Shown here in pieces: positions 29,907 through 39,241 of a stretch of 64,000 bases of DNA; the stretch's first letter is position 1; the number at the start of each line of letters is the position of its first letter. The stretch comes from Candidatus Latescibacterota bacterium. GTDB taxonomy: Bacteria; Latescibacterota; UBA2968; UBA8231. The translations under genes were made by a program, and so were the position numbers. The DNA lies in contig OZ242214.1 of NCBI GenBank assembly GCA_965206595.1, forward strand, positions 4,992,001-5,056,000, read 5' to 3'. Below the pieces are notes generated by a model. The model saw only the letters and a list, made by a program, of their open reading frames with translations. It made no database searches and was not told the DNA's origin.

Positions 29907-32429
29907 TCAGCCGCCGTTGGAACGGCCGAGCTGGTCGGCGAAAATGAAGAAATCCACGAAATCGACTTCGCCGTTGCCGTCGAGGTCGTAGATTGCCCGG
30001 TCGCCCAGGGCAGGGTGCCCGAAGGCGTCGACAAACCGGTAGAAGTCGGCGAAGTCCACGGTGCCGCTGCCGTCGAAATCTGCAGCGTTGGCCTCCGGAG
30101 GGGGAGGGACAGGCGTGGGAACCGATGCGGCGTCGGATGTTGTCACGGCCAGCGGCCCGGCGCCGGAAAATCGCAGTGTCAGCGCACCGCTGGAGTACGA
30201 GCTGCTCGCCAGTTCGCCGGAGAATTCCGTCGCCGCGACCGGATCGGACAACGCGAGGACTGCAACGGTGCCTCCGCTGCCCTCACGCAGGAACCCGCTG
30301 GCACTCCCTGCAGCGAACGCCAGGCTCAGGTCGGTCTCGTTGGACGCGGAAAACACCTGGACTTCGTCGATGGACAACAGGGTTGCACCGATCAGGGTGA
30401 ACTCGCTGAGCGCCTCGGTGCCGAAGCTCGCCAGGCCGAACCCTGCGTCGCTGGTCAAAGTACCGAAAGCCGTTGTCACCGATATCGTGCCCCCCTCGGC
30501 AGCGCTCCAGGCGTAATCGGTGGTCCCGCTCTTCTCCACGCTGACTGCCTCCCCGCCCGTGACCGCAGGGGCCGTGATCACTGGTTCGGCATCGCTCAGG
30601 GCACGTGGAAACAGCACCGCGAGATAGTCGACGTCGGCGCCGGTTTCCCAAACGCTCAGCAGGGTATGGGTCGGCTCTTCGCGATAGGAAAACGAATGTA
30701 TCGCCTCGGACTCGGTGAAGGTGCGCCCTTCCCTGGCCGGCACGAACGCCAGCAGTTCAGCCTGCGGGCGCGTCCAGCGGGCGAGATTCCCGGTGCGCCG
30801 GTAGGTACCGCCGCTGGTACCGCCCCCGTTTCCGTGCAGGCGCCACTCGTACCGATGGCTGCTCCCGTCCCTTGCCTGGTCGCTGACGACGAAGTAGCGC
30901 TTGCCGACGAACATGACGCGGCGCCGGATGCCGACCCCCTCGTAGGCCGCCGCCACCTCGGCGTAGTCGAGGGAGTCGCCGGTGAAGTAGCGCTGTATGT
31001 AGGCATCGTTGCCGCCATCCACTGCCTGGCCGAGAACCGTGTCGAGCGGGGGACCGCGGCCATCGACGAGAATCAGGCTGTGGCTGGGACCGGCGTTCAC
31101 CTTGTGGTGGTTGCTGAAATCGATGTAGCCGCCATCGACGGCCAGCATCTCCCCGGCCGCGTAGATCAGGAAACTGGTCTCGTCCGCGTGCTCGTGCCCC
31201 AATCCCTGCTCGCGGGGGCGCCCGTGCTCTCCGCGCAGCAACATGTAGGTCGCGTTCTCCGACCAGTCGCTGCGAAACACCGCGTCCCCCGCCTCCGGCA
31301 TGATGACGGTGGGTCCGTATTCCGGTTCGCGGGCGGCGATGCCGTCGTCGTACAGGGCGATCGCGTCCATTTCCGAAAACTCCCGCACGTACTGCACGAA
31401 CGAGTTGTTCTGCCAATCCCACAGGTGCACCGGCCCGTTGGCGTCGACGGAGGCGAGATAGTGGCCGTAAAAGTCGTCGAGATGGCTGTCGTCGATGTTG
31501 GGACGGCGTCCGTTCGGAAGCCGCAGGTTGAGCGACCAGTCGTGCATCAGGTCGACTTTCGGATCGGCGAACAGGTCGGTCCCGGACAGGCGCTTGAGCG
31601 CGAACATGTACGGCAGGTAGAGGTCGGCGGCGTAGCGGGCATAGAACGGACCTTCCGCATACCCTCCGTCCGACCCGTCGACCTGGTGATCGAGGGATCT
31701 CGTCACCAGGTCGAAGGCGCGGTCGGCCCAATCCCTCGGGCTGCCGCCGCCCTTTCCCGGGTGGTCGGCCAGGGCGAACGCGGCCAGCCCGAGCCCGGCG
31801 TAAGCCCGTATGTGCCAGTTGTTGAGATGGAGAATGCCGGGATTGCGCGGATCAGGTGTTTCGTTCAGGCGGATTTTTATCGAGCCGAGGAACCCCAGAT
31901 CGATCTCCCGGATCACGATGCCCTTGTGAATTCGCTCCGCCTCCTCGGCCAGGATTTCGCGGATCTCTTCTCGCGAGGCGGAATCCGCACTCAAATATCC
32001 GTCGAGCATGTCGTAGGCGACGGCGTAGAGGGCGACTACCTCCCCCTCGTTGTGGGGTTCCCCGAGGTCTCCGCCGCGGGGCGGAAACTTCATGTCGAGC
32101 ATGATCTCGACCGCCCGTTCCGCGAAGGCGGTCCTTTCCGTCATCAGGTATGCAAACGCCAGACTCTTAGCGTAGCGCGCCTTGCTGCGCTCGACTGCAA
32201 AGGTGGTGGGAACGTTCTCGGCACGGTTGAGAACCGTCTGCCACCACCCCGAATACGGGGAGCGCCGGATCCGCTCCCGCAGCACCGGAAGGTCGGATGC
32301 GTAAAACAGCAGGCTGGGATGGATTTCAGCCGGCAAGGTGACCCGCGCCGTTGTCGGCGTTGCCGCTCCGGCGAACAGGATAACTGCAACAAGATGGAGA
32401 ATGACTATCGACCTGCTGATGGAGGGCAT
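29907..32429 (-). CDS. Secreted heparinase II/III-like polysaccharide lyase with C-terminal double EF-hand/dockerin-like tag
   Basis: HPSLLF, NNWH, DGGYAEGPFY, FRSDW, GHEHADETSF and HSLILVDG motifs; C-terminal ADFDGSGTVDFADF...YDLDGNGEVDFVDF. Confidence 0.85.
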   Translation of the reverse strand: MPSISRSIVILHLVAVILFAGAATPTTARVTLPAEIHPSLLFYASDLPVLRERIRRSPYSGWWQTVLNRAENVPTTFAVERSKARYAKSLAFAYLMTERTAFAERAVEIMLDMKFPPRGGDLGEPHNEGEVVALYAVAYDMLDGYLSADSASREEIREILAEEAERIHKGIVIREIDLGFLGSIKIRLNETPDPRNPGILHLNNWHIRAYAGLGLAAFALADHPGKGGGSPRDWADRAFDLVTRSLDHQVDGSDGGYAEGPFYARYAADLYLPYMFALKRLSGTDLFADPKVDLMHDWSLNLRLPNGRRPNIDDSHLDDFYGHYLASVDANGPVHLWDWQNNSFVQYVREFSEMDAIALYDDGIAAREPEYGPTVIMPEAGDAVFRSDWSENATYMLLRGEHGRPREQGLGHEHADETSFLIYAAGEMLAVDGGYIDFSNHHKVNAGPSHSLILVDGRGPPLDTVLGQAVDGGNDAYIQRYFTGDSLDYAEVAAAYEGVGIRRRVMFVGKRYFVVSDQARDGSSHRYEWRLHGNGGGTSGGTYRRTGNLARWTRPQAELLAFVPAREGRTFTESEAIHSFSYREEPTHTLLSVWETGADVDYLAVLFPRALSDAEPVITAPAVTGGEAVSVEKSGTTDYAWSAAEGGTISVTTAFGTLTSDAGFGLASFGTEALSEFTLIGATLLSIDEVQVFSASNETDLSLAFAAGSASGFLREGSGGTVAVLALSDPVAATEFSGELASSSYSSGALTLRFSGAGPLAVTTSDAASVPTPVPPPPEANAADFDGSGTVDFADFYRFVDAFGHPALGDRAIYDLDGNGEVDFVDFFIFADQLGRSNGG

Positions 32430-32441
32430 GCGTCCGAGGGC

Positions 32442-33044
32442 TCACCCCCAGCCGAGCAGGCGCCCGGCGTGCAGCCCCCAGGTGAGGCCCATGTAGAAAA
32501 AATCCAGGCCGAGGTTTACGCGCACCCCCCCGGCGCGCCCCGAAGGGGAATCGAAAAACATTCCGATTGTGCCGTACGGAGTGCGTGGCTTGCGGCCTCG
32601 CAGACCGAGCCCGGTGTACAGCTTTCCCGGCTTGTTGGCCACGATGACGGTTTCGACGGGCACGAAGCTGATGTCGCCGCTGAACGAGCGCAGCACCTCC
32701 GTACCGGCCGAGCACCGATACGGCGGCACGTAGTATCCCAACGAATCGATGCAGGCGCTGCTTCCGCCGCGGCCGTAGATCCGCTGGTACCGGGGATTGT
32801 CGTTTTCTTTCTGCAGGAAAACCAAATCGAGCAGCGAGACCGATGCGATCAGGCGGAAACGCGCGGCGAGCACGCTCAGTCCGACGGGAACCGCGACCCC
32901 GGGACCGCGTTCGATGTTGGTGATCCCGAGGCCTACCGTTCCATATAGGCCGCTGCCGTCATGCCCTGCTTCCTCGATCAGCTGTGCCTGCGCGAGGGAG
33001 ACCATGGCGGCTGTCAACAGGAAAGTGGCGCGGAACAGGGACAT
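32442..33044 (-). CDS. Hypothetical secreted/outer-membrane beta-rich protein
   Basis: Signal peptide (AQA-Q), alternating beta pattern, Cys pair; 12 nt upstream of the lyase gene. Confidence 0.6.
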   Translation of the reverse strand: MSLFRATFLLTAAMVSLAQAQLIEEAGHDGSGLYGTVGLGITNIERGPGVAVPVGLSVLAARFRLIASVSLLDLVFLQKENDNPRYQRIYGRGGSSACIDSLGYYVPPYRCSAGTEVLRSFSGDISFVPVETVIVANKPGKLYTGLGLRGRKPRTPYGTIGMFFDSPSGRAGGVRVNLGLDFFYMGLTWGLHAGRLLGWG

Positions 33045-33281
33045 GGAGGAACGGATGTTCGCTCAGTGGTTTCGAGGAGCCGTGAAAGGTATGTGCAGCC
33101 GGGGGGGGATCAAGGTCCGGTCTCGACACAACAGGAGGCTATACCCTGGGCAAACGACCCGCCCGTGGCTTGTTTACCTCCTGGAAACCCGATCCGCCCC
33201 GTAGAAAAAGCCCACCCGAGCTGGCCTGCAGAGCAACTAACGGGCGGTTATTTTTCGGTCCCCGAAACGGAGGTGAGTCGC

Positions 33282-34193
33282 ATGTCCTTGAGCCCAAGTC
33301 AGGTAGAAGAGTTTCACACCCATGGATACTTGGTTGTTCGCGGCCTGTTGCCCGAAGCGGTTCTCGATCCCCTGATCGCGAACATGGAGGAGATCATCGA
33401 AGATGCCGCCCGCGAACTGCGGAATCGGGGAAAAATCGATGACGTCCATGCCGGCGCCCCGTTCGAACAGCGCATCGCCCTGCTGACCCGAGATTCCGGC
33501 GAGTCGATCCAGGGGCAGGTCTCGTTCCCCTCGAACCTGCGGCGGCCGATCTTCGATTTCCTGCACTGCAACCAACTGCTAGATGCCGTCGAGATCCTGG
33601 TCGGCGAGGAGATCTTCTGCAACCCCACCCATCACGTGCGGCCCAAGCTCCCCGAGTCGCACCTGGCGGAGCAGGACCAATACTGGATTCAGCTGTCGCC
33701 GCTGCACCAGGATGGGGCGGTTCTGTTGCCTGAAGCAGACGATACCCTCGTCGTCACCTCATGGATTCCTCTCGTTGACTGCGACGAGGCCAAGGGCACG
33801 ATCAGGGTCGTACCCGGATTGCATCGCGGGGCCTTGCGCCGCCACGTCCGCTGCCCCTACGGGTGGCAGATCGCCGATGAGGAACTGCCGGCGGAGGAAC
33901 CGGTCTCGATACCCGTGAGAAAAGGGGACGTCGTTTCCATTCACTGCCGCACGCCGCACGGTTCCGGTCCCAACAAATCCGATCAGGTCCGCTGGAGCAT
34001 GGACCTGCGGTGGAACGACGCGCGCAAACCGCACGGCCGTCCGCTGCCCGGTCTGCTGGTGCGCAGCCAGACCGATCCCCGCGTGAACGATCCGGCGACC
34101 GCTGCCGGCCGCCACGCGGCATGGGTCGAGGAATGGCGGGAGGCCAAGGCGGACACGAAGCCGCGCCGGATGTATCGCTGGCCAGATTCCTGA
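33282..34193 (+). CDS. Phytanoyl-CoA dioxygenase (PhyH) family 2OG-Fe(II) oxygenase
   Basis: ATG 33282 after GGAGGTG; FHTHGYLVVRGL, HQD, WIPLVD, PGLH, GDV..H..TPHGS..N...RWS. Confidence 0.9.
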   Translation: MSLSPSQVEEFHTHGYLVVRGLLPEAVLDPLIANMEEIIEDAARELRNRGKIDDVHAGAPFEQRIALLTRDSGESIQGQVSFPSNLRRPIFDFLHCNQLLDAVEILVGEEIFCNPTHHVRPKLPESHLAEQDQYWIQLSPLHQDGAVLLPEADDTLVVTSWIPLVDCDEAKGTIRVVPGLHRGALRRHVRCPYGWQIADEELPAEEPVSIPVRKGDVVSIHCRTPHGSGPNKSDQVRWSMDLRWNDARKPHGRPLPGLLVRSQTDPRVNDPATAAGRHAAWVEEWREAKADTKPRRMYRWPDS

Positions 34194-34222
34194 CTTGCTG
34201 TCGGAGACCGGATAGTTGTGTC

Positions 34223-35033
34223 TCAGAAGGCGACGAAGCCGCCGCAGACCGGGATGCACTGACCGGTGACGTAGTCGGACAGGTCCGTCACCAGGAATTC
34301 GACGACCTTGGCACAGTCTTCGGGCATTCCCAGCCTTCCGAGGGGGATTTGCTCCTCGATTTTCTTCCTGGTTTCCGGCTCGTTGCGCCCCTGCGCCAGC
34401 GCCCGGGACGACAGGATGAACCCCGGGGCGATGCAGTTTACGCAGATGCCATGGGGTCCCAGCTCGGCCGCCAGCACGCGGGTGTACTGGATGACGCCGG
34501 CCTTCGACACTTTGTAGGCCATTCCCCCGCTGTCGCGCCCGCTCCACATGCCGGCCTGCGACGCGACGGTGACGATCTTGCCTCCCTTTCCCCGCTTGCG
34601 CATCGCCTTTCCCACCTCCTGGCAACAGAAAACGGTACCCGTCAGGTTGATCTCCATCAGGTAGCGGTACGTCTGTTGCGACGTCCCCGTGGCGCTCTGG
34701 TCCGGGTCGGTGGTCAGGTTGCCGCCGGCATTGGTTACCAGGATATCGATACCGCCGAGCTCAGCCACGGCCCTTTCCATCATCACCGTCACCGCGTCGC
34801 GATCCGCTACGTCCGCTTCGATACCGAGGGAGCGCCGTCCAAAGGGACTCGACCTCGGCCGCCACGGATACCGCCGTCAGTTGCTCTCCGAATTCAGCCG
34901 CGGCATCCAACCTGATGTCATTGACGACGACATCGGCGCCCAGCCGGGCCAGATGCAGAACATAGGCGCGTCCGAGGCCACGGGCCCCACCGGTCACGAG
35001 GGCGACTTTGCCTTGGAGTTTCAGCTCATCCAT
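34223..35033 (-). pseudogene. SDR family oxidoreductase interrupted by a single +1 frameshift
   Basis: N-half [14 protein letters not shown]; frame changes at TCC-CTT-TGG (~34838-34847) into [11 protein letters not shown]...NAG...YKVSK...VTGQCI. Confidence 0.8.
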
Positions 35034-35151
35034 GGCCTACTGTCAGCTCCGTTCCGACCCCGGTCCCTGCTGCAAATCGACAGAAAAATGCGGAGCCCGG
35101 GGCAAGGGGTTCTTTCCCGGCACCTCGCAGCCCAAAAAACCGCTGAAACTG

Positions 35152-35190
35152 AAAAGAGCGGCGCACCGCTCGAAAGCGCGCCGCTCTTTT
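35152..35190. terminator. Intrinsic terminator downstream of the sigma factor gene (symmetric A/T tails)
   Basis: AAAAGAGCGGCGC...GCGCCGCTCTTTT inverted repeat. Confidence 0.75.
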
Positions 35191-35229
35191 GGAGAAACCG
35201 GATTCCGAAATCCGGGCGGGGCCTTCTCT

Positions 35230-36081
35230 CTAGACCTCCTCGGCCAGTGCCTGCAGGAACTGGTAGCGCGACGGATGCCGGAGTCTGCTCAGTGCCCTCT
35301 CCTTTATCTGCCGCACGCGCTCTCGCGTAACCCCGATCAGGCTGCCGATCTGCTCGAGGGTCAATGCCTCCTTGCCGTTGAGTCCGAAATAGAGACGAAT
35401 GATCCGCTGCTCCCTGTCGTCGAGACTGGCTAGGACGCTTTCGAGCTGGTTCCTGGCGGAATCTCTCATCACGTCCGAATCCGGAGCCCGCTGGCTGGTG
35501 TCGGGCAGGACGTTCATCAGCGAGCGCTTCTCGTCGTCTTCGAAGGCGCCGTCGAGAGAACTCACGGGGCGAGCGCTGAGAATGGCGTCGGTGACGACGT
35601 CGGCCGGCAAATCGAGCTCCTTGGCGATTTCGTCGACATCCGGCTCCTCTTCGCGGCCCTGGCCCAGCCGTCTAGAGGCTTTGGAGATGTCCTTAAGGAG
35701 GCTCAGCTTGTTGAGCGGGAGCCGCACGGTGCGCACGTGCTCGGCGATGGTCTGCAGAATGGATTGACGGATCCACCAGACCGCGTAGGAGATGAACTTG
35801 TAACCCCGGGTTCCGTCGAAGCGCTCGGCAGCGGTCATCAACCCGAGGTTGCCGGCACTGATCAGATCTGAAAAAGAGAGGCCGCGGTTCTGGTAATTCT
35901 TTGCTACGTCGATGACGAACCGCAGGTTCGCCTGAACCAATTCATCACGGGCTTCCATGTCGCCGTCTTTGATGCGCGCGGCGAGTTCGACTTCTTTCTC
36001 ACGAGAAAGCGGCTCGGAATGGGCAATATCGTCGAAATAAGACCGTAGAGAGCTCTCGCGGTCGCTGAGGGTTTCCAGCAT
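35230..36081 (-). CDS. RpoD/SigA-family sigma-70 factor (short, no region 1.1)
   Basis: ATG 36081 with AGGAGA RBS; ANLRFVIDVAKNYQ, KFISYAVWWIRQ, TLEQIG..TRERVRQIKERAL. Confidence 0.95.
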   Translation of the reverse strand: MLETLSDRESSLRSYFDDIAHSEPLSREKEVELAARIKDGDMEARDELVQANLRFVIDVAKNYQNRGLSFSDLISAGNLGLMTAAERFDGTRGYKFISYAVWWIRQSILQTIAEHVRTVRLPLNKLSLLKDISKASRRLGQGREEEPDVDEIAKELDLPADVVTDAILSARPVSSLDGAFEDDEKRSLMNVLPDTSQRAPDSDVMRDSARNQLESVLASLDDREQRIIRLYFGLNGKEALTLEQIGSLIGVTRERVRQIKERALSRLRHPSRYQFLQALAEEV

Positions 36082-36636
36082 GACTCTCCTTCTGTTTGTG
36101 GAATTTCGAATGGGGGGGCCTGAAAACACGAAAACTCCTCTCTCCCTCGCGATTCCGGCCGAATGGTGTGCAGAAAGTGCAGTCTCCGCCTTTATGATAC
36201 GGCGCGACAGGTGCCAGAGCAACTAATAATTCCCGACTCTGGACACAACTCTGCAGCGTCCTATAACATATTGTTTTATATACGGTTATGATTTCTGTAA
36301 AAATGGCGGCCGAGTGCTTTCCCAGGCGGCCTAAGTCGCTCGGAGAAAGTGCCTTAGCGCCGAGATACCGGATATTTTCTACCATCCTTGCTTGCCGGTT
36401 TTCGCCTGCCAGCGGAGACTTCCAGCCGCCATGCGGCCGCCTGCGGATTGCCGATATCCCCGGAAAATCCCCGGAAGCCGCCATCCCTGGACCGCCCTCG
36501 ATACACGCGAGACGTACTCGTGAAATAGCGCCTTGTCCCCGGAATCAGGGCTGCAGGAACGGCCTCGAGCCTGTAATGAGCTGGGCGGCTTGATTGCGGA
36601 AACCTGTGGGACACGGCAACAACCCGGAGGAGTCTC

Positions 36637-38082
36637 ATGCGACAGAAGCGAATCATCTACCACAACGACGCCCGCCATTACTACCTGTTCGTGTTCGAGC
36701 CCCCCCTCTCCCTGGAGGACGCCTGGACACCGGTCGATGAAGTAGCCGGCACCGCGGTCGATACCATCGCCTACGGGATCCAGCGCGGCGACGGTTTGTT
36801 CTACCCTTCCGACGTCGCGTTGCAATTCGGCTCCGACATGATGCCTTTCGAGCAGGCTGCGTACTGGCGCACCTGGCACAACATGAAGAGTCTCGAGGAA
36901 CGCGGGATCGATCCGCTGCAGTTGCTCATCGACCGCGCTCACGACAAGGGGATGGACTTTTTCGCCACCGTTCGCCTGGGTAATTACGGCGGCATGGACC
37001 CCGCCCACGCGGTAACCCAGGGCGGGCGCGGGCTCGGTGCTTACGAAGTCCGCGATGGTCAGATCGCCATAATAGAAGAGCTCGTGAACCGATACCCTCT
37101 CGAAGGTGTCGAGCTCGACCTGGCGGTTCCAGGAGGCGGCTCCCTCATCCTGCCGGAAGAGGCCGATTCCCTGATCCCGGAGCTAACCGAGTTCGTCGCG
37201 CAGATATCCCGGATTGTGCGAACAGCGCGCGAAGGTATGCAGGTCGGGGTGCGCGTCCTGCCGACGGAGGAGCTCAACCTGGGACAGGGACTCGACGTGC
37301 GCGCCTGGCTGCAGAGCGGCTCCCTGGATTTTGTCATTCCCATGCGCTACGGCTACATGGTTCTCGATCCCAACATGCCCAGCGATTGGCTTCTGCAGGC
37401 TGCACATTCCGGCGGCGTTTCGTTTTACGGATGTCTCCAGCCGTACGTCGACGACCAGATTACGGGGGCCGCCGTGCGCCAGTTTCCCAGCAGCGAACAG
37501 ATGCGGGCGGCGGTCGCCAATCAGTGGAGCAAGGGAGTGGACGGCCTCTACACCTGGTTCATGGACTGGCCGCTGAGGGATGCGCAGCGCAGCATGTTGA
37601 GTGAAATGGGGGACCCCGACCTCGGAGCGCGGAAGGACAAGCAGTACGTCCTCGTGCGCACCCCCAAGGACGACCACCTGCACTACCGCTCACCTTTGCC
37701 GATTCGAATCGCGGCCGACGACGTGGGGACTCGCCACCCGGTGCCCTTCTACATCGCCGACGACATTGAGGGGGCAGGCGATCAGATCTGCGAGGTACTC
37801 CTCGAAATAGTGGTAACCGACCTGGTTTCGGCCGACCGCCTTGAGATCCTGCTCAATGGGGAATCCCTTCAGAACGAGGCCTGCCGCCGCGGCTTCGGCG
37901 ATCCGATCAGCCGCTACGGCGCCCAGGCGCTAACCTTCGATCTACGCGGCGTACTCCCCAGGAAAGGAGACAACCTGCTGGAAATCACCCTCGATGGCCG
38001 GGCATCGGGATTGGCGAGTCCACTGGTCGTACGCGAGGTGAAGATCACGGTCAACTACCACCCCTTTCCCGCACGCCTGTAG
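36637..38082 (+). CDS. Family-10-like glycoside hydrolase/TIM-barrel protein with C-terminal beta-sandwich
   Basis: GGAGGAG RBS; IIYHND, RAHDKGMDFFATVR, RYPLEGVELD, GLDVRAW and GVDGLY motifs. Confidence 0.75.
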   Translation: MRQKRIIYHNDARHYYLFVFEPPLSLEDAWTPVDEVAGTAVDTIAYGIQRGDGLFYPSDVALQFGSDMMPFEQAAYWRTWHNMKSLEERGIDPLQLLIDRAHDKGMDFFATVRLGNYGGMDPAHAVTQGGRGLGAYEVRDGQIAIIEELVNRYPLEGVELDLAVPGGGSLILPEEADSLIPELTEFVAQISRIVRTAREGMQVGVRVLPTEELNLGQGLDVRAWLQSGSLDFVIPMRYGYMVLDPNMPSDWLLQAAHSGGVSFYGCLQPYVDDQITGAAVRQFPSSEQMRAAVANQWSKGVDGLYTWFMDWPLRDAQRSMLSEMGDPDLGARKDKQYVLVRTPKDDHLHYRSPLPIRIAADDVGTRHPVPFYIADDIEGAGDQICEVLLEIVVTDLVSADRLEILLNGESLQNEACRRGFGDPISRYGAQALTFDLRGVLPRKGDNLLEITLDGRASGLASPLVVREVKITVNYHPFPARL

Positions 38083-38187
38083 CATCAGGGCGCGCAGACA
38101 TGGGTCGCTTTTTCAGGCGGATGCCCTGGCGAAGACTCTGGATTCTGCCCGCCGTTGCCTTCAACCCACGGCCGGGACTGGTTCCAG

Positions 38188-39241
38188 TCAGGTCGCCACG
38201 CCGAGATCCGCGGCGACGGTTTCTATCTGCGACCACACCCCATCGGCAATCGGAATCCCCTCTGCTGCGCGGCGTTCCTCGGTTTCGTAGTCGAGCTCTC
38301 CCGGCATCAGGACGCGTTCGAACCCCTCGGCATACGCTGCTGATTTGGCGTAGACGACGTACTCGTCAAGCTCCTTGCGGAAGGCCCGCGGAGAAGTGAA
38401 CGCGGCGATGTCGATGGCGAGAATCCAGAAATTGTTGCTCTCGCCTCCCATTCGTTCCGCGGTGGCACCGGTTAGAACCGTGCTCAAAATCTGGGCCATC
38501 ATCGCAAAGCCGAAACCTTTATAGCCCAGCGCTCCACCCACCGGCAGGATGGCCCCGCCAGGCGGGCAGTAGAGCGCGTTCGGGTCGGCGCTCGGCCTTC
38601 CTGCCGCGTCGACAAGCCAAGTGTCGGGCAGGTTCTTTCCGCTGTCCCTGCTCAGACGCACCTTGCCTTCCGAGATGGCGCTCGTAGCCGCGTCGAACAG
38701 GATCGGTCGCCCGGTCGTCGGGGCCGCCAAGGGATATCGGGTTGGTTCCAATGCGCCCCTCGCGGCCCCCCCAGGGCGCTACCCAGTGACCGCTCGGCGA
38801 GCCGCCGCTGCAGGCTGCAAGTCCCACCATCCCCGCCCCGGCGATGGCCTCGGTGTAAAGACTCAAGCAGCCGACGTGCTGAGTCCGGTAGAGGGCGACC
38901 GATCCGAGGCCCTGCCTGCCAGCCTTGGCCACCGCCATCCCGGTAGCGGTTCGGGCGCCGATCTGTCCGAAGTTCCAGTTCAGGTCGAGAAGGGCCATCG
39001 TAGCGGTTTCCCTGACCGTTTCGATCCCGGCGCCCGGCACGATCTCGTTTTTCCGGATGTTGCCTACGTACTGCGGGATCCTGAGGACGCCGTGCGAGTC
39101 GAGACCTTTTAGGTTGGCGCCCACAAGGTGATTGGCAAGGACCTGTGCGTCCTCCGGAGACACTTCACAGGCCGTGAAGATATCGGACGTCAGTTGGCGC
39201 AGGCGGTCTGCCTGGTGCGTCTTCGCGTCGGTGAAATTCAT
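38188..39241 (-). pseudogene. Ldh_2 (malate/L-lactate/ureidoglycolate dehydrogenase) family gene with a +1 frameshift
   Basis: ATG 39241 overlaps the upstream TGA; ANLKGLDSHGVLRIPQY...GTNPIS, then frame shifts at TCCCTTGG (~38727-38734) to LAAPTTGRPILFDAATS...GYKGFG...VLMPGE. Confidence 0.85.

Noticed and set aside
30015-32948. 977-aa plus-strand ORF and other long antisense ORFs (e.g. 9967..11760, 14181..16064, 17770..19446, 62221..63942)
   Set aside because: Shadow ORFs opposite well-supported genes, expected at high GC; no recognisable motifs
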